From NCBI RefSeq assembly GCF_009914755.1, contig NC_060941.1: DNA of 64,000 nt; one strand, given 5' to 3'. The DNA is from the human T2T-CHM13v2.0 reference genome, Homo sapiens. A program made the translations under genes and the position numbers. The notes beneath the pieces are model-generated. The model saw nothing but the letters and a program-made list of their open reading frames with translations, had not been told where the DNA came from and searched no databases. Position 1 is the stretch's first letter. Each line of letters begins with the position of its first letter. This document shows, piece after piece, positions 41,540 to 54,624 of the stretch.

Positions 41540-41910
41540 GAGGTCCATGGGTGGGCTTGCTGCTGGAGTCCTCATGTGGGAGGTCCTAGAGACTGGTCCA
41601 CTGGTGTGGGCCTGGAGTTTGGGTCTGTGTGGACAGGCCTGGTGTGTGGGTCCATGGGGGCAGGCCTGAAAACTGAATCTATAGGTGTAGGCCTGGACCC
41701 TGGGTCCAGTGGGGCTGGTGCTGGTCTGGCATCAGCATCCACTGAGGTGGTCCTAGCAACTGGGTCCATGGAGATGCACCTGGAGTCTGGATCTTCAAGA
41801 GAACTGGGGTGGGTCTGAAGCCTGAGTCCCTGGGAGTCGGCTTGTAGCCGGGCTGGGGCTGTCTGATCTGGCCTGGAGCCTGGGTTAGGCCTAATGCCAT
41901 GGTCCATGGC
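41540..41910 (-). repeat. Degenerate 27-bp tandem array in the L1 5' region
   Basis: Consecutive units at 41594, 41621, 41648 and 41675 (approximate consensus GGGTCCATGGGGGCAGGCCTGGAGCCT) plus more diverged copies. Confidence 0.8.
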
Positions 41911-42399
41911 AAAGATGGATGATCGCTTCACTCTTCTTCCCCCACATAGAGGGTATCTCCATGATGTATTGCCTGGGCTTAGGAGAAGGATGACACAGGT
42001 AATGTGAAACTGTCCTTTCTACCCTGTTTAGTGCATCTTTTCTTATTTCTGTGTTCCACTTGGGTGCTGTACTCTCTCTCCTGGATTCCTTCAGCTCTTG
42101 TGAAGATATTTTTGCACATGGATAGTTGTTCAAATTGATGTTTCTGCAAGGATATGAGTTCTGAAAACTCCTATCCCTTCATTTTGTTGACATTACTTCT
42201 ATGTGTGTCTTTTTATGGGTTTTACTTTTATTTATTAAAACAACTCATGTCACCATTAACATTTTATCCTCTTACTCTGTTCTACTCACATCCCTCAAGA
42301 TTCAAACTCTCCTCTGAAAGTGATGCCATGCCTTCCAGGCAGCCTTCTCTAACTCAATCAGTATTTTGAGTCTCTATTCTTGTCCACGATTGTCTATCA

Positions 42400-43078
42400 A
42401 CTTCAAACCCATCCTTCTATACACTGTTTTGTGATAGGACTCTACAAACCACATTTCTGCTTTTCCAGCCAGATTCCTGTTGAATGTTGCCAACAGAGGG
42501 AACTATAAGGAGGCTGCAAGGTAGGAGAAAAAAGAAGAAATTCCTGTCTTTCAATTTACTTCCTGTAAACATTCTGTCTGCTTCCTTTTCTTAGCAGCAT
42601 CATGCCAGTCTTGCATTCCATCCCAGAAGTAGTATTCTGGTCCTGTAGCATCAGTTGGATCCAGGCTTCAGATTTTTCCCAACATTTAAGAACACATTTT
42701 ATTGTATTTCCTCAGCAACATCAACAGCAACTGGTTGGTGGTCCCTTCTCAGAAGTCCGAATTAAACAGGTTGCCTCCAACATATTCAGAACCACTAGCA
42801 CCAGCAGGAAAGGTGCTCTCCTCAAAGAGCTTAATTTCAGCTCTGCAGGGTCTGATCTCCAAGATTCTATATTTTAAAAATTCCAACATCTTCATTTTGT
42901 TTCCTCAGTCCAAGGGAAACTGTGCTGTATCCGGAATAACTTATTGTTTTCTCTTTGCCCTTTGAGTTACCTAGTTAACAATTCATTATTCCTAGTGAAT
43001 AATTCTTTTGATTGAATTCTCTTTGTTTAAAAAAAGCTGGTATGGTTTTTTTCTCCTGACTGGATACTGACTGATACC
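42400..43078 (+). mobile_element. ERVL LTR (LTR40/LTR41-like)
   Basis: ctacaaaccacatttc...ttgccaacagagggaact...tctcctgactggatactgactgatac. Confidence 0.5.
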
Positions 43079-43434
43079 TCCACATACAATTTATGATTTA
43101 CATCTATCAAATGTATCAAACAAATACATTGCTGTTATCTATCATTAATCTCACTCCTGTCTTTCTTCTTTCTATTCCTAGGGCCAAAAGTAGTGTCTGA
43201 CTCAATAAACACCGCTGAATTTTTGAATAATAGCAGAATAAAAAGGAATGAATGATGCCTATCAGAGACAACACAGTTCAAGGTATAATTGTTGGGACTT
43301 CTGCTCTGGTCTCCTTGCTGGGATGGTTGTGGGTCAGAGTTTATCCAGAAATGTTCCAATACGACAAAAAAACCTCACAGTTGAGAAGCCATGGAATCCT
43401 ATCTCAAGTAGTTCACGAGAAGTCGAGTCAATAA

Positions 43435-43640
43435 AAGAGAGGGCCCTGTGGTCTTGATATCAAATCCTGGCTCTGTAACTTAATTACTATGAGACTTTGA
43501 GAAAATGACTTAACCTCTTTGACCTCAGTTTTCTCATTCATAAGATATGGATGATAAGACAGATTTCACAGGATTCTCATGAGAAATGAGATGAAGAAAA
43601 AAGTATGCAGGTGAGCCTTTTGTAGTAGATGGTACAGAGC
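43435..43640 (+). mobile_element. MIR SINE
   Basis: caaatcctggctctg...tgacttaacctctttgacctcagttttctcatt. Confidence 0.75.
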
Positions 43641-45130
43641 AGGAGCTAAATATTTGAGTCATCCCCCTTCACCTCCCCAACCCATCTGTTGCTTGACACA
43701 GCTTAAAGCATTAGTGGGAATCAAAGAGATTTCATTTTCCAAATTTCTCAAAAAGAAGGGCAGACTGTGATCAGTCTTCATCACCATCATTAACACCATT
43801 ATCATCATTATCATTGTCATCATCATGATCATCATCATGATTAACTGATGTTTCCAGCAAGGCTAGGTGCTTTGCGTGTTTTCTTTTGTATATTTTTCAC
43901 ATCAGTATTTTCCTCACCATTTAAAGGTGAGAAAACTTTCAGAGGTTAAATCACTGCACGAGGTCCCACAGCTATACATTATCAGTGCTATAAATTGAAC
44001 CCATGTCTGTCTGGGCCCAAGACCCCTGCTCTTCTCTCTCACTGCCTCTGACCACAGCGAGCAAAAGTCAGTCAGATCTATCCTGTGTCCTCCCATGAAG
44101 CAGATATTGGCTCTAAAGACTGTGTGTTTCCGTATCATTGGCACTTGGCCTGACTTGCAATCCTCCCTGGCTTCCTTTTTTCTGCCCATGTCCATGCAAC
44201 AAGCATCTTAAAACAGCCAGCATGCAATTGGCCATCTGATGCCTGAACTTGAGGTCGACTACAGAATGCTGGCATCTATGATTTGAGTGCCTTCCTGAAA
44301 GACCTCCTTCATGCATTCCTTCCTACTCTGGTTACCAGTTATGGTGGGACCCTTTGGATGAGAGTTTGTTGAGTACTTTATCTCTTATCCTCAGCCGTGA
44401 TGACCAGTTGATAAAAGGAGAAGGAGTAAAGTATGGGAGATGGGAGAAGGAAAAGGAAAAGGAAAAGGAAAAGGAAGGCTGTAAGTCTGTTTTAGTCATT
44501 TTGGTCACCAGCTTTGGAGCCACCTCCTTAGGAAGATCATAAACCATCTAGGAATGCGAAACCAGGCTTTTTTGGTTCTGCATCCACCATCCCCTCCCAC
44601 CACATCACTCAGTGAAGAGCCAAACCCATAATAGACACAGACTAGCAACAGCCCAAGAAGTAGTGGTATGCAGTAGGAATTAAGCGATCTGTCTTGTCGT
44701 TCTTGTTCTGCCAACGATTTGCTTCAGGCAAGCCACTGTTCATCTCCCTGGACTATAGTTCCCTCCTCCAAAGGAGGAATAGTGTGCTGCTGTAGAATAG
44801 ACATGAGCTATATTCAGAGAGACCTGACTTTGAATGCAGTCATGGCCTTTTCTGTGACCTTACGTGAGACACTTAATCTCTCTTGGCTCAGTTTCTGCTT
44901 CTGTTTAGTGAGAATAAGAACAATACCTACCACATATAGTTAGGACAAAGACTAAACCATTGCAGAGTAAATATGAGCTTCTTGCCCATTCAATGATAAG
45001 GGATTGGACTAGATGATTTTTGAGGTCCCTTGTAGGCCTGCTTTTCTGATGTCCCATGTGGCAAACAGTGCATTTCTGCACACAAGAAAGACCCCTTACT
45101 TTATAGCTAACTCTAAGCATGGCAGCATGA

Positions 45131-45149
45131 GGGGTGGGTGGGGGTAGGG
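45131..45149 (+). other. G-quadruplex-forming motif
   Basis: GGGGtGGGtGGGGGtaGGG, loops of 1-2 nt. Confidence 0.7.
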
Positions 45150-46199
45150 AGGTAGAGTTCCCAAGTTCACTGCATTTCACCTTCCTGCCATGAATGATGT
45201 TCTTGTGATGTGCTAGGGGACCACAGGAGGTTTCTGGAGGAAGCCATCAAACATTCATGCTTATGCCTGATGCTAGACTAGACCTAATGCTATGCATTAG
45301 GTGCTCAGCTCTCTTTCAGGGGATGAGGGGTGAGCACAGCCCCCTTTCACATCTCCCATAGCCCACTGCTTGCCCTTGCCTAAAAGATTCATCTTCATAA
45401 AAGTTTCCAACATCCTTTACCTAACCTCCATCTAGGCTCAGGCCCTCATCAACTCTCCCTTTTTACTCCTGTAAGGCTCATAAAGGGCTCTTCTGCCTCC
45501 AGTCCCAGCCTGCTCCAACCCCTTTCTCATCCTGGTGCTGGACACACTGCCAGTGGGGCTCACCTACATGCTGGCCACAGATCATTGGTTTCTCGATACG
45601 TTTCTATTATCTTCAAACTTTTCTACAGTGAGTATGGATTATTTTTATAATTTAAAAAAGTTTTTAAAAGCTAAACTTAAATATGATTATTCCTCTACTG
45701 AACACCTTTTTCTCTCCCCCTGTTATCTTTAGGATAGTGTTGAGTCTCCTGAGCTTGGTACAGTTGGCCACTTCTAGTTCCCCCCGCCCTCAAAAGCTCC
45801 TCTATACACATCACATAAAGACACTTACTTTCCTCCAAATGCCTCATTCTCACTTATTCTCCACACCTCTGGGCCACCATTCATATAGATCCACCTTTCT
45901 GGGATGATTTTACCTGGAGCTCTCACAAATAAATCTCTACTTAGTCTTCAACATGTAAACCAAAACATTATCTCTGCTGCAAAGTCTTCCCTGACTACCC
46001 ACGGTGGCCCTTGCCTGCAGAGTTAACAGTTGTGTACCCTGATGCTGTAGTGTCACTTACTTACATCTACTGGAGAAAAGATCATACTCAACTGTGGCCA
46101 TCTCTTTGTGCCCCTTCCTGATTTGATCATGAGATCTTTGAAAGCAAAGACCTTCATCTGAGTCATGTTTGCATTGCTGGAGCCCTTCAAACATGTCTG

Positions 46200-46755
46200 C
46201 TTTCCACATATGCGTATGCCATGCACTGTGTTAGGCACCGGATCCATTGGGGTGAATAAACAATCATGGCTTCTGTCCTCCTGGGGCTTATAGCCAAATG
46301 GGAAAGACAGACCAAAAATAAATAAGCCAGCAACTCAATAAGAAATTTAAATTGTGAAACACGTGAAGGATGCAGTTGGTGCCCTGATAAAGACTAATTG
46401 CTAGAAGGGGATTACTTAGGATTCTCCTAAGAGGCTTCTCTGAGGCGATGGCATTTAAAGCTGAAGTGTTTAGGATTTGAAGGAGCCCTCCAGCTGAAGA
46501 GCTGGGAGAGCTTTCCAGGAGGAAGAATCAGCATGTGCAAAAGTTCACGGAGTGGAGAGAGTCTGGCATGCATGAACGAGGCTCTGGCAGAGGCCAGGGT
46601 GGCTGCAGCCCAGAGTGTGGCCCAGTGCAGGATGAAATGGGATGGAGGAGATGGGCAGAGTGTGGATTCATTTCCAGGTGCAATAGGAAGGTGTTGACTT
46701 GTTTTAAGCTGGGAAGTGACATGACTGAATTTGAGTTTTAAATGATTACTCTGAC
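46200..46755 (-). mobile_element. L2 LINE fragment
   Basis: gcactgtgttaggcac...ttttaagctgggaagtgacatga...ttttaaatgattactctg. Confidence 0.75.
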
Positions 46756-49573
46756 CTTCAGGTTCCTCACCTGAAAATCAGACTCATATCACCTACTTTT
46801 TAGGTTTTTCTTAGGTGAGAGCCATTGTTATCTTATTTTTCTTAAGGTATTTTCACTTATTTTTAAAAATATTTATTTTTTAGTTTTGATTGATACAGAA
46901 TCATTATATATATTCATGGGGAACAATGTGATGATTTGATACATGTGTAAATTTTGTAACGATCACATCAGAGTAGACCTCTAAGACAAAACCCGAAATA
47001 TCAAAAGGGGCTGACCCATGGAGAGGGCAGATTTACACTCCTGGGCATAGGAACTAGATAAGTTGGTCTTCGTTGTTGTTATTGTTGTTGGTGGGTTTTT
47101 TTTCTTTAGTTGTTTGTTTTGCAAACTGAAGTCTGAGTAGCTTGAGATTTGGTCAAGGTCTACTCTGTCAGAACTGATCTCTACTTCTGGCAGCTAAAAC
47201 GCCTGATCATCCAGTGGTGATATTTTACAGAGATGAACAAGCTGCCTAGAGGAGTGGGAAACCAGCCAGATATCCCCATCCTGGTTTGACCATGCCTCAT
47301 GGAAGGGACATGACATGGAAGACCACAATATGAAGGACTCTGAAATAATCAAAGCAAATGGCATCTTTTCCTGGAAGGTAACAGCAGCCCAGAGGGGGGA
47401 AGGAAGATTCTGAAGTGACAGGAGAGTTAGCATCAAAATCGATTTTAGAGCTCAAGTCTCCTAACCTAAGTCTGGAGTTCATTCCCCTACACTTACTTGT
47501 CAAAAAGGGCAACTCCCATATTGGAGGATGTGCCCCGTCAGGGAGCCTTTGAACTCATCTTCTGCCAAAGTCAGGTTTCAGCAACTTCACTGTTGCTAAA
47601 CTACTCACCCTGGGGAGGTGAATGTGCTTGTGAAGTGAATGGAAATTCACTCTTCCTGACTGCCAACCCAGCACACAGAACTTCTTGCTTTGGCAGAATA
47701 AGGAGGTAGCTGTGTTCTAGACTGGGAGTGCTGGGATAAGCTGCTTACACTTAACTCAGAGTAGTGCTCAAAGGGCCAGAAGACATTATCTGGCATTCAA
47801 CATCAACCTTAACAGAGGAGGTACCCAAGCCCAGAGGGCAAATGACTTGCCTGATATCACATGGAATGCATGGCAGAGCCAGAATGAGGTCCCAGGTCTC
47901 CTAACTCCTGGTCCAGTGCTCTTTTCAGCATTCTGTGCCACCTCTCCTCTTCAACACTGCTTTGAAACTGCATCCTGCCTCCTTCTAGAGCATGCATGTC
48001 CAAGAGCTGGCATCAAACCTCGTTTCTCCCAATCCCTTTGCAGGGTGTTCCCAAAAGCATCCCCAAAAGAGCTTGCTGATTTTAGAAGCAGAAACGCTTT
48101 ACAGTTGCCTAATGGTAATTCCTAGGTAAGATGCACTAAATACCCCCAATGAAAATGTATTTAGTATGTCTTACATAGGAAGGCTCCCCCACCCCCTCCA
48201 ACACACAAACATACTCCTTGGTTCATTTTTCAATCACTCAGTTTCTTTGAGTTTCTAAATAGGTAAATCATTAGTTCTTCCTTTAGCATGGATGGGGCTG
48301 GGAAGGTGGCTCATGTGCGTATGTACAGTATAGTTCCTCATTTGGCTCAAAACAATCAACAAAAAATCAGGTATTTTTATTCATCCCATTTTACTGATGC
48401 ATACATTTAACCATTCTCCAAATGCAGTAATTATGTCACTATACTATTCCAGACACTGTGCTAAGCAGAGTTCCTATTCTCAGGGAGATGGCACTATGTC
48501 AGAATGGAGAAACTAAAGACCAGAAAGTTGAAATGACCCGCCCAAACTTGTTCTACAGTAAGCCAAGCCATGAATCAGTCTCTTTTTTAAATCTCATACT
48601 CTATGCTTGGCACTGAGTTACAGCTTGTTAAGATTGAGGCTGGGACAAGATGACACCCAGGGGAGGGACTCATTCATCTTCTTTGTCCTTTCTGAATCTT
48701 AGAGTGATTCTAGGGCAAGAAAATCATCTCTTCTTGCAAATGACTGGTATGTAGTAGCTCCCTACAAACCATGCCATGATTAGGCAGAAAGGAGAGAAAA
48801 TCAGCAAGCTGAACCTGGGTTTGTCTGTCTGAGAGAGAAAGAGAGAGGGAGAGAGAGACCAATGCTGCAGGAATGGGCCTGAGGAGTCATACATATCTAG
48901 GAATTTGTTATTGTGACAAGGGAAGGGCCTTCCCTCCCTGTACTCACACACTTGGCCCCTGTATGGAGGCCCTTCCCTCCCATTCCTCCACTCTTTGAGA
49001 GTTCCAGAAACCCTTCTCCAGCACCCTGGTTCTTCCTTGCCCAAAGCGAAGGCTGCAGCTCCCCTAGCCATCCCAAGCATGTACAGAGTTTGCAGAGAAC
49101 ATGTGCATTTGTTTTTCAAAAATGAAAAGTCTATCAGAGTGGAGATTATGGAAGTGGAGAGAACTGACAACAAGGACATTTGGGCATGAAAGACATTTGC
49201 CTGGGGCTTCACATTTGGATTTAGCCTCAAATTTAGACTTTTGATTCCTAAATGAGGTTATAGAAACAGATGTGGCCATTTTGGGATATTTGAGACAGAG
49301 ATTTGTTAAATGCAAATATTTAGCACAGTCCACCTTTTTTTTTTTCCCAGCCCACCATTTTGTAATCCTGTTTTATCATTTCTCAGAATAACAGCCCGGA
49401 AAATGGGAGTCCTATTCGACTTGGAGAGACCACCTCTGGGAAGTCAAATGAACAGAGACTATCGCCCTCACTCCGCAGATGGAGAAACTGAGATCCAGAG
49501 CCCTCAGCTCAGCATCATCTAAAAGAACAACCATATTCCTTGTGTCTAGCAGCAGCCTAGAGATGCCCCAAGG

Positions 49574-49898
49574 CTGCATCATCCAATGTGAAAGCCACCA
49601 GCCACACTAGGTTATTGAGCGCCTGCAGTGTGGCAGGTCTGAAATGAGAATGGCTGTCAATGTAAAATACTTATCAGAGTCCTGAAGACTTAGCTCAAAA
49701 AAAGAATATAAAATATCTCTTTAATAATTTTTTATACATATTACATGTTGAAATGATATTATTTTGGATATATTGGGTTAAATAAAAGACATTATAAGAA
49801 CTAATTCCACCCCTTGCTTTTAACTTTTTAAAATGTGACTATTAGAAAAATTTGAATCACATATGAGGCTCACATTATATTTCTATTAGACAGCTCTG
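49574..49898 (-). mobile_element. MER33 (hAT-Charlie) DNA transposon
   Basis: ttacatgttgaaatgatattattttggatatattgggttaaataaaa...gctcacattatatttctattagacagctctg. Confidence 0.85.
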
Positions 49899-50854
49899 CT
49901 CTGAGGGAAGTAAGTACCATTTATCCCAAGCACATGCTGGTTTATATTGCAGCAGGGGGCATTTCTGCTAAATGTTTAAAAACAGGCCTTGAGGAGTTTA
50001 GATCAGCTCTTGCCCATCTCATTGGCAATGACCTGAATTTGGGGATTGGAATGAGCTAGAGCTTTCAGAACCCCAGCCTTATTTCTCTATTTCTGAATGT
50101 ACAGATATCCATTGAGTGAGGTCAGGGCAGTAACGGGAGGGGTGCATGAGGAGCTAACATTTTGAATGAGACCATCACACTAAATGCAGGCTTGCTCCCT
50201 ATAAATCACCTTGATTTGTCACCAAATGAGATGACAAAATGAGACATCCAGGCGGAAATGAAATTCCCGCTGTAACAGCAGCATCGACCCACTCTGACTT
50301 GCAGTGCACAGAGGGTTGTCACACATGAGTTTGAGCACCAGAGTATCAGGGGAGGCTCCACGTATCTGGTTTTGCTCCTGGGCTGGTGGGCAGGGGTGAG
50401 TCAGCCCTTAACTATTGGGCAGTGGGGATATGAATCACCTGGTCATTCCTTAGGTTGGGCTTTACCCAGGGCTCAGGGAAAATGTTCCGAGGTGACTTTG
50501 ACCTATCTGGGGCTGGACCTTTGAGTTCAGACTGTGGAACAATTTTGATATAACCCAAATGAGCACTGGTAAAGAAGAGCACCAGCCCCTGAGGTGCCAG
50601 CAAGCTCTAAAGCCTCTAGTGGCCTCCCCTTCTGAAAAGAACTCCACCACTGGGCTGTATCCTGGGTGCTCAAGCTGTGCACAGTCCATCTGGAGACCAA
50701 AGTGCAGCTGATTCTGTCCTTTGTTCTCTGGGACCTTGAGTTATCCCTCCATGTCTCTGGGACTGATGCCTTCTTTTGATCAACTGTGTTGACGTTGGCC
50801 TAGATGATGTCTCAGGGTTTTTTCAACTCTGACACATGCCCTATGATGTGATTC

Positions 50855-51290
50855 TAACACACACAGATACGCACAAACATACAAAAACACACAGAGAGGC
50901 ACACAGAAACAGACACCCACCCACACACAGAAATACACACAGGGATATACACAGACATAACCACACAGACACACACAGACATGTACAGAGAAACACCCAT
51001 ACAAACACTCAGACCCATAGATACACACACAGACACACCCACCCACACACAACCCACTGATTCAAGTGGCTACAAAAACCTAAACAACTTACCAATAAAA
51101 CACTCCAGGCTCCTTCAATCCACTGCAACCCCTGCTCAGAGTGTTGTCTTAATTAATGCTTCTAGTCAGACACATGCACAAACACACATACACAGACACA
51201 CACAGATTCCTGCAGTCAGACACATGCACACGCACACACACATACCTCTAGTCAGACACACACACACACAGATGCCAAAGTCAGACACAT

Positions 51291-51326
<36 letters not shown>

Positions 51327-51770
51327 AGATGCCTCCAGACACATGAACACACACACACACACACACACAGACACAGACACAGATGCCTCCAGTCTCTCTC
51401 TCTCACACACACACACACACAGACACACACATGCCTCCAGGCAGACACATGCAGACACGCACAGACACACACAGATGCCTCCAGACACATGAACACACAT
51501 AGACACACACATACACACACACAGATGCCTCCAGTCACACACACACACACACACAGACACACACATGCCTCCAGGCAGACACATGCACACACACACACAG
51601 ACACACACAGATGCCTTGAGTCAGACACAGGCACACACACACACACATAGACACATAGAGATGCCTCCAGTCAAACATGCACAGATGCACACACACATAG
51701 ACATATACAGACACAGACCCACAGACACACTGAAACAGAAACGCAGCCACACACATAGACGCACATACCT
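50855..51770. repeat. CA-rich low-complexity region containing a compound minisatellite
   Basis: About 12 units of (AG)ATGCCTCCAGTCAGACACATG plus (CA)n between 51156 and 51700. Confidence 0.9.
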
Positions 51771-51849
51771 TGGCCCTTTCTGTTTTCATGCCCGTGCCTT
51801 CCTCCTACCTGCCCCCAGCCTTGCTTCCCACTTAAGGTCTATTTTTTTG

Positions 51850-53300
51850 GGCTCAGGTCACTCACTAAGGCAAGGACTACACTCTATTTTGCAGGTAACT
51901 CCCAGCAACATATCCAGTTCACAGGCAACACTGGCTACCTCTCCACCTCCCATTCATAGCCCAATGTCTTTAACCTCCCCCTCCCATGGCTTCTTCTCAA
52001 CAACCCACAATGTGTTTGAATTCCCTACATGCTAGAAATCCTCCATTCCCCGCCCTCCTCCCTAGCCCATCTCTCCTTCCCTTTGCCGCTGAGCTCCTTG
52101 AAGGAGAGGTTAATAGGCATGGCCTCCGCCTCCACTCCTCCCAGCACTCCTCAGCCCTCTGCCTCCACCACTCCATGGAAACCTCTCCAGCAAAGTCACA
52201 AAGGGGCTAATTGCCACATCAAATGCACTCCTTTTAGTCCTCATATTACCAGACTTTTAAGTAGCATCTGACCCCATGGCTCGCTCCCTTCTGGCTCCTG
52301 TGACACCACTCACCCCACTCCCCGCCCCTTCTCTGAGTGCTCCTTCTCAGTCTTCAGCAGTTTACCCTTCAGACACTCCTGTGTCCCAAGGTCCTGGCCT
52401 CAGCCCTCATGGACACCTGTGCCTTGCACCTGACATCTCAGGTCAATAGCAGTCAGTTGGGCATTTTCACTCATGGTTCCTGCAGGCACCTCCAGGAGGC
52501 CAGACTGAACTTACCAACTTTTCTCTGTTCTGCCACCACCTCCCTCCTTCCTCCCTCCCCTTATTTTGGTTATTTGCAACACCATCCCTGCCTGACACCA
52601 AGCCAGGGGGAGTCTAGAAGTCAATCCAGATTTCCTTCCCATTCCTTGTAATCCATTGCATTCAAGCGGTCACGGAAACCTGAACACCTCATTGATGAGA
52701 AACTCCAGGCCCCCGAACCACCATGACCCAACCCACAGAAATATCTCGATGCCTCCAATTGTAACATGCCATCCCAAGCCACATTTAGACAGTAGCTACC
52801 TGTCTGAAGGATGCAGTCCCAGCATCTTTATAGCCTATCTCCACTAAACGTCTCAGCCTTCTCTGGTGCCACTCCCTTGAAACATATGCAATACCACGGA
52901 TTTTCCAGACTATTTTTACTCGAACATTTTCATGCGGTTGCACATCCCACAACTGGCCTGGGTACTGCTACAGGCTGCATGGCCTCCCTGTGATTCTTGG
53001 TCTGCTTTAAATAATTAAATATTCAACACCACTGTTGCCCCCTTTAGGGAGCTTTTCCTGATGAGCCCTCTCAGCCTTTAGAAAGGGTTAAATGCCTCTT
53101 TCTGGTCTCAGAGTGCCCTGTTTAGATTTTCAGTATAACCCTTATGCGGCCCAATATCACCTTAGATTTGCATTTTTTTCTCTCCTACTATATTGAACTC
53201 CTTATGGACAGAGAATGATTTTTTTTTTTTCTAAATTCCCGGAGACTACCACAGTCACAGTACATAGAAAATGTTTATTGAATAAACGAATGAATGAATG
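51850..53300 (+). mobile_element. L2 LINE with reverse-transcriptase remnant through to the 3' end
   Basis: ORF 51986-52210 LLPFAAELLE...HHSMETSPAK resembles the L2 RT motifs LLPFxxKLLE...HHSTETALxK; ends tttattgaataaacgaatgaatgaatg. Confidence 0.75.
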
Positions 53301-53384
53301 AGGCAAACTAACTCAGCCCAGGGAAAGAGTTCAGGTCTCACTCAGAGCCCTGCTTTTTTCCTGGGAAGGTCAAGCGCTAGTGTG

Positions 53385-53422
53385 GGTTCCTGGTGACACC
53401 TAGCAACAGTTGCCATGACAAC
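53385..53422. promoter_or_regulatory. RFX X-box cluster
   Basis: GTTGCCATGACAAC (53409-53422, 13/14 to the GTTGCCATGGCAAC palindrome), CCTAGCAAC (53399-53407) and GGTTCCTGGTGAC (53385-53397). Confidence 0.6.
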
Positions 53423-54624
53423 AGAAAGCACCATTTTCTCAGGGCAATGTCCCCCACTTCCCCACCTGGCTCTGGAGGAGGCAGCCCCCCTGCTTTGAGT
53501 CAGGAAGCAGTGAGGGGGACAGCCTCACTGAAATAGTTGATCATGTGCCCTGGCTCAACCCCCCTGGAGAGGGGAACCTGATGGAAAGGGAGAAAATTGG
53601 ATTTGATGGAATCAGATGTGCCTGGGAGCTCCAGGCAAAGAAAGGAAGGATAGACGGGGGCCAACTGGCAGTGGAATCCTGGGGTAACCAGAGGGAGAGT
53701 TTGTCAGAGGAGTCTCCATGTCAACAGGGAGCTGAGACGAGATGTTGTCCCTGGGGTTGGGTGGAGCACAGCATAGGAAGGGTGGGAAAGTGTGGGCCTG
53801 AGAGATCCAACTGGAACACAGACTGTAGAACTAGAATGCTCCGCCTCCCAGGCCCACCCCCTTCCAGGTCCTCTGCAAAGGTCTCTTCCTGGGGCAGCTC
53901 CTACAGTTCCTAACGGTCCCCTTTGCAATTTGCCATACATGCAATGGAGTCAATAAGACCCTTGAGGAGAGAGGTTGTGTCTGTTTTAACCATCCCTGCA
54001 TTCCCAGTGCCTAGCATAGAAGATGCAGAATAAGGAGTTTATGAACAAATGAAAGGCTGTGCTGAGACAAGATGAGGGGCTTCAGGGCTAGGTGGCCAGG
54101 AAGAGAAGCCACTGAAGGCCTATTCCTTGCCAGTCACACCACATGGGTGCTGTTATGGAAGATGAGGAAACTGGGGCTCTGAGAGGGTAAGTCGCTTCTC
54201 CAGGCCACATTGCTAAAGGGTAGAGTCAGCATATGAAGAGGCTTCTGACTGGAGGGCCCAGGACTTCTCTTTACCTGGTTTCCTTGTCCTACCTTTACCC
54301 TCAGACATGTGCATGCACTCTCCAGGCAGGGGGCACCTGAATAATAGATCAGATGGCCTCTGCTTTCTTTACCCCGCAGCCCTCAGTGTGCCTGGCCCTG
54401 ATAGATAAGGGGTATGGGATACATCGTGGACAGATGGACACCAGGCAGGTTCAAAGCAGGGAGTCTGCCAGTCTATCCGGCTAAGAGACCTTAGGATAGC
54501 CAGCACCCCAGAGGGGAGAGTCAACTTGGTAAAGGGAGTCTCCCCTTCCTTTTCTCCTCTCCTAGAGCTGCTCTTGGTTCATTACTGGACATGGTGATAG
54601 TTTGGGGGAGTAATAAAGGAAATT

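Noticed and set aside
51156-51700. Repeat-spacer appearance resembling a CRISPR array
   Set aside because: The spacers are CA microsatellite rather than unique sequence, the context is eukaryotic and there are no cas genes.
50780-52035. Multiple Cys/Val-rich or His/Thr-rich ORFs
   Set aside because: Artefacts of translating (CA)n/(TG)n repeats.
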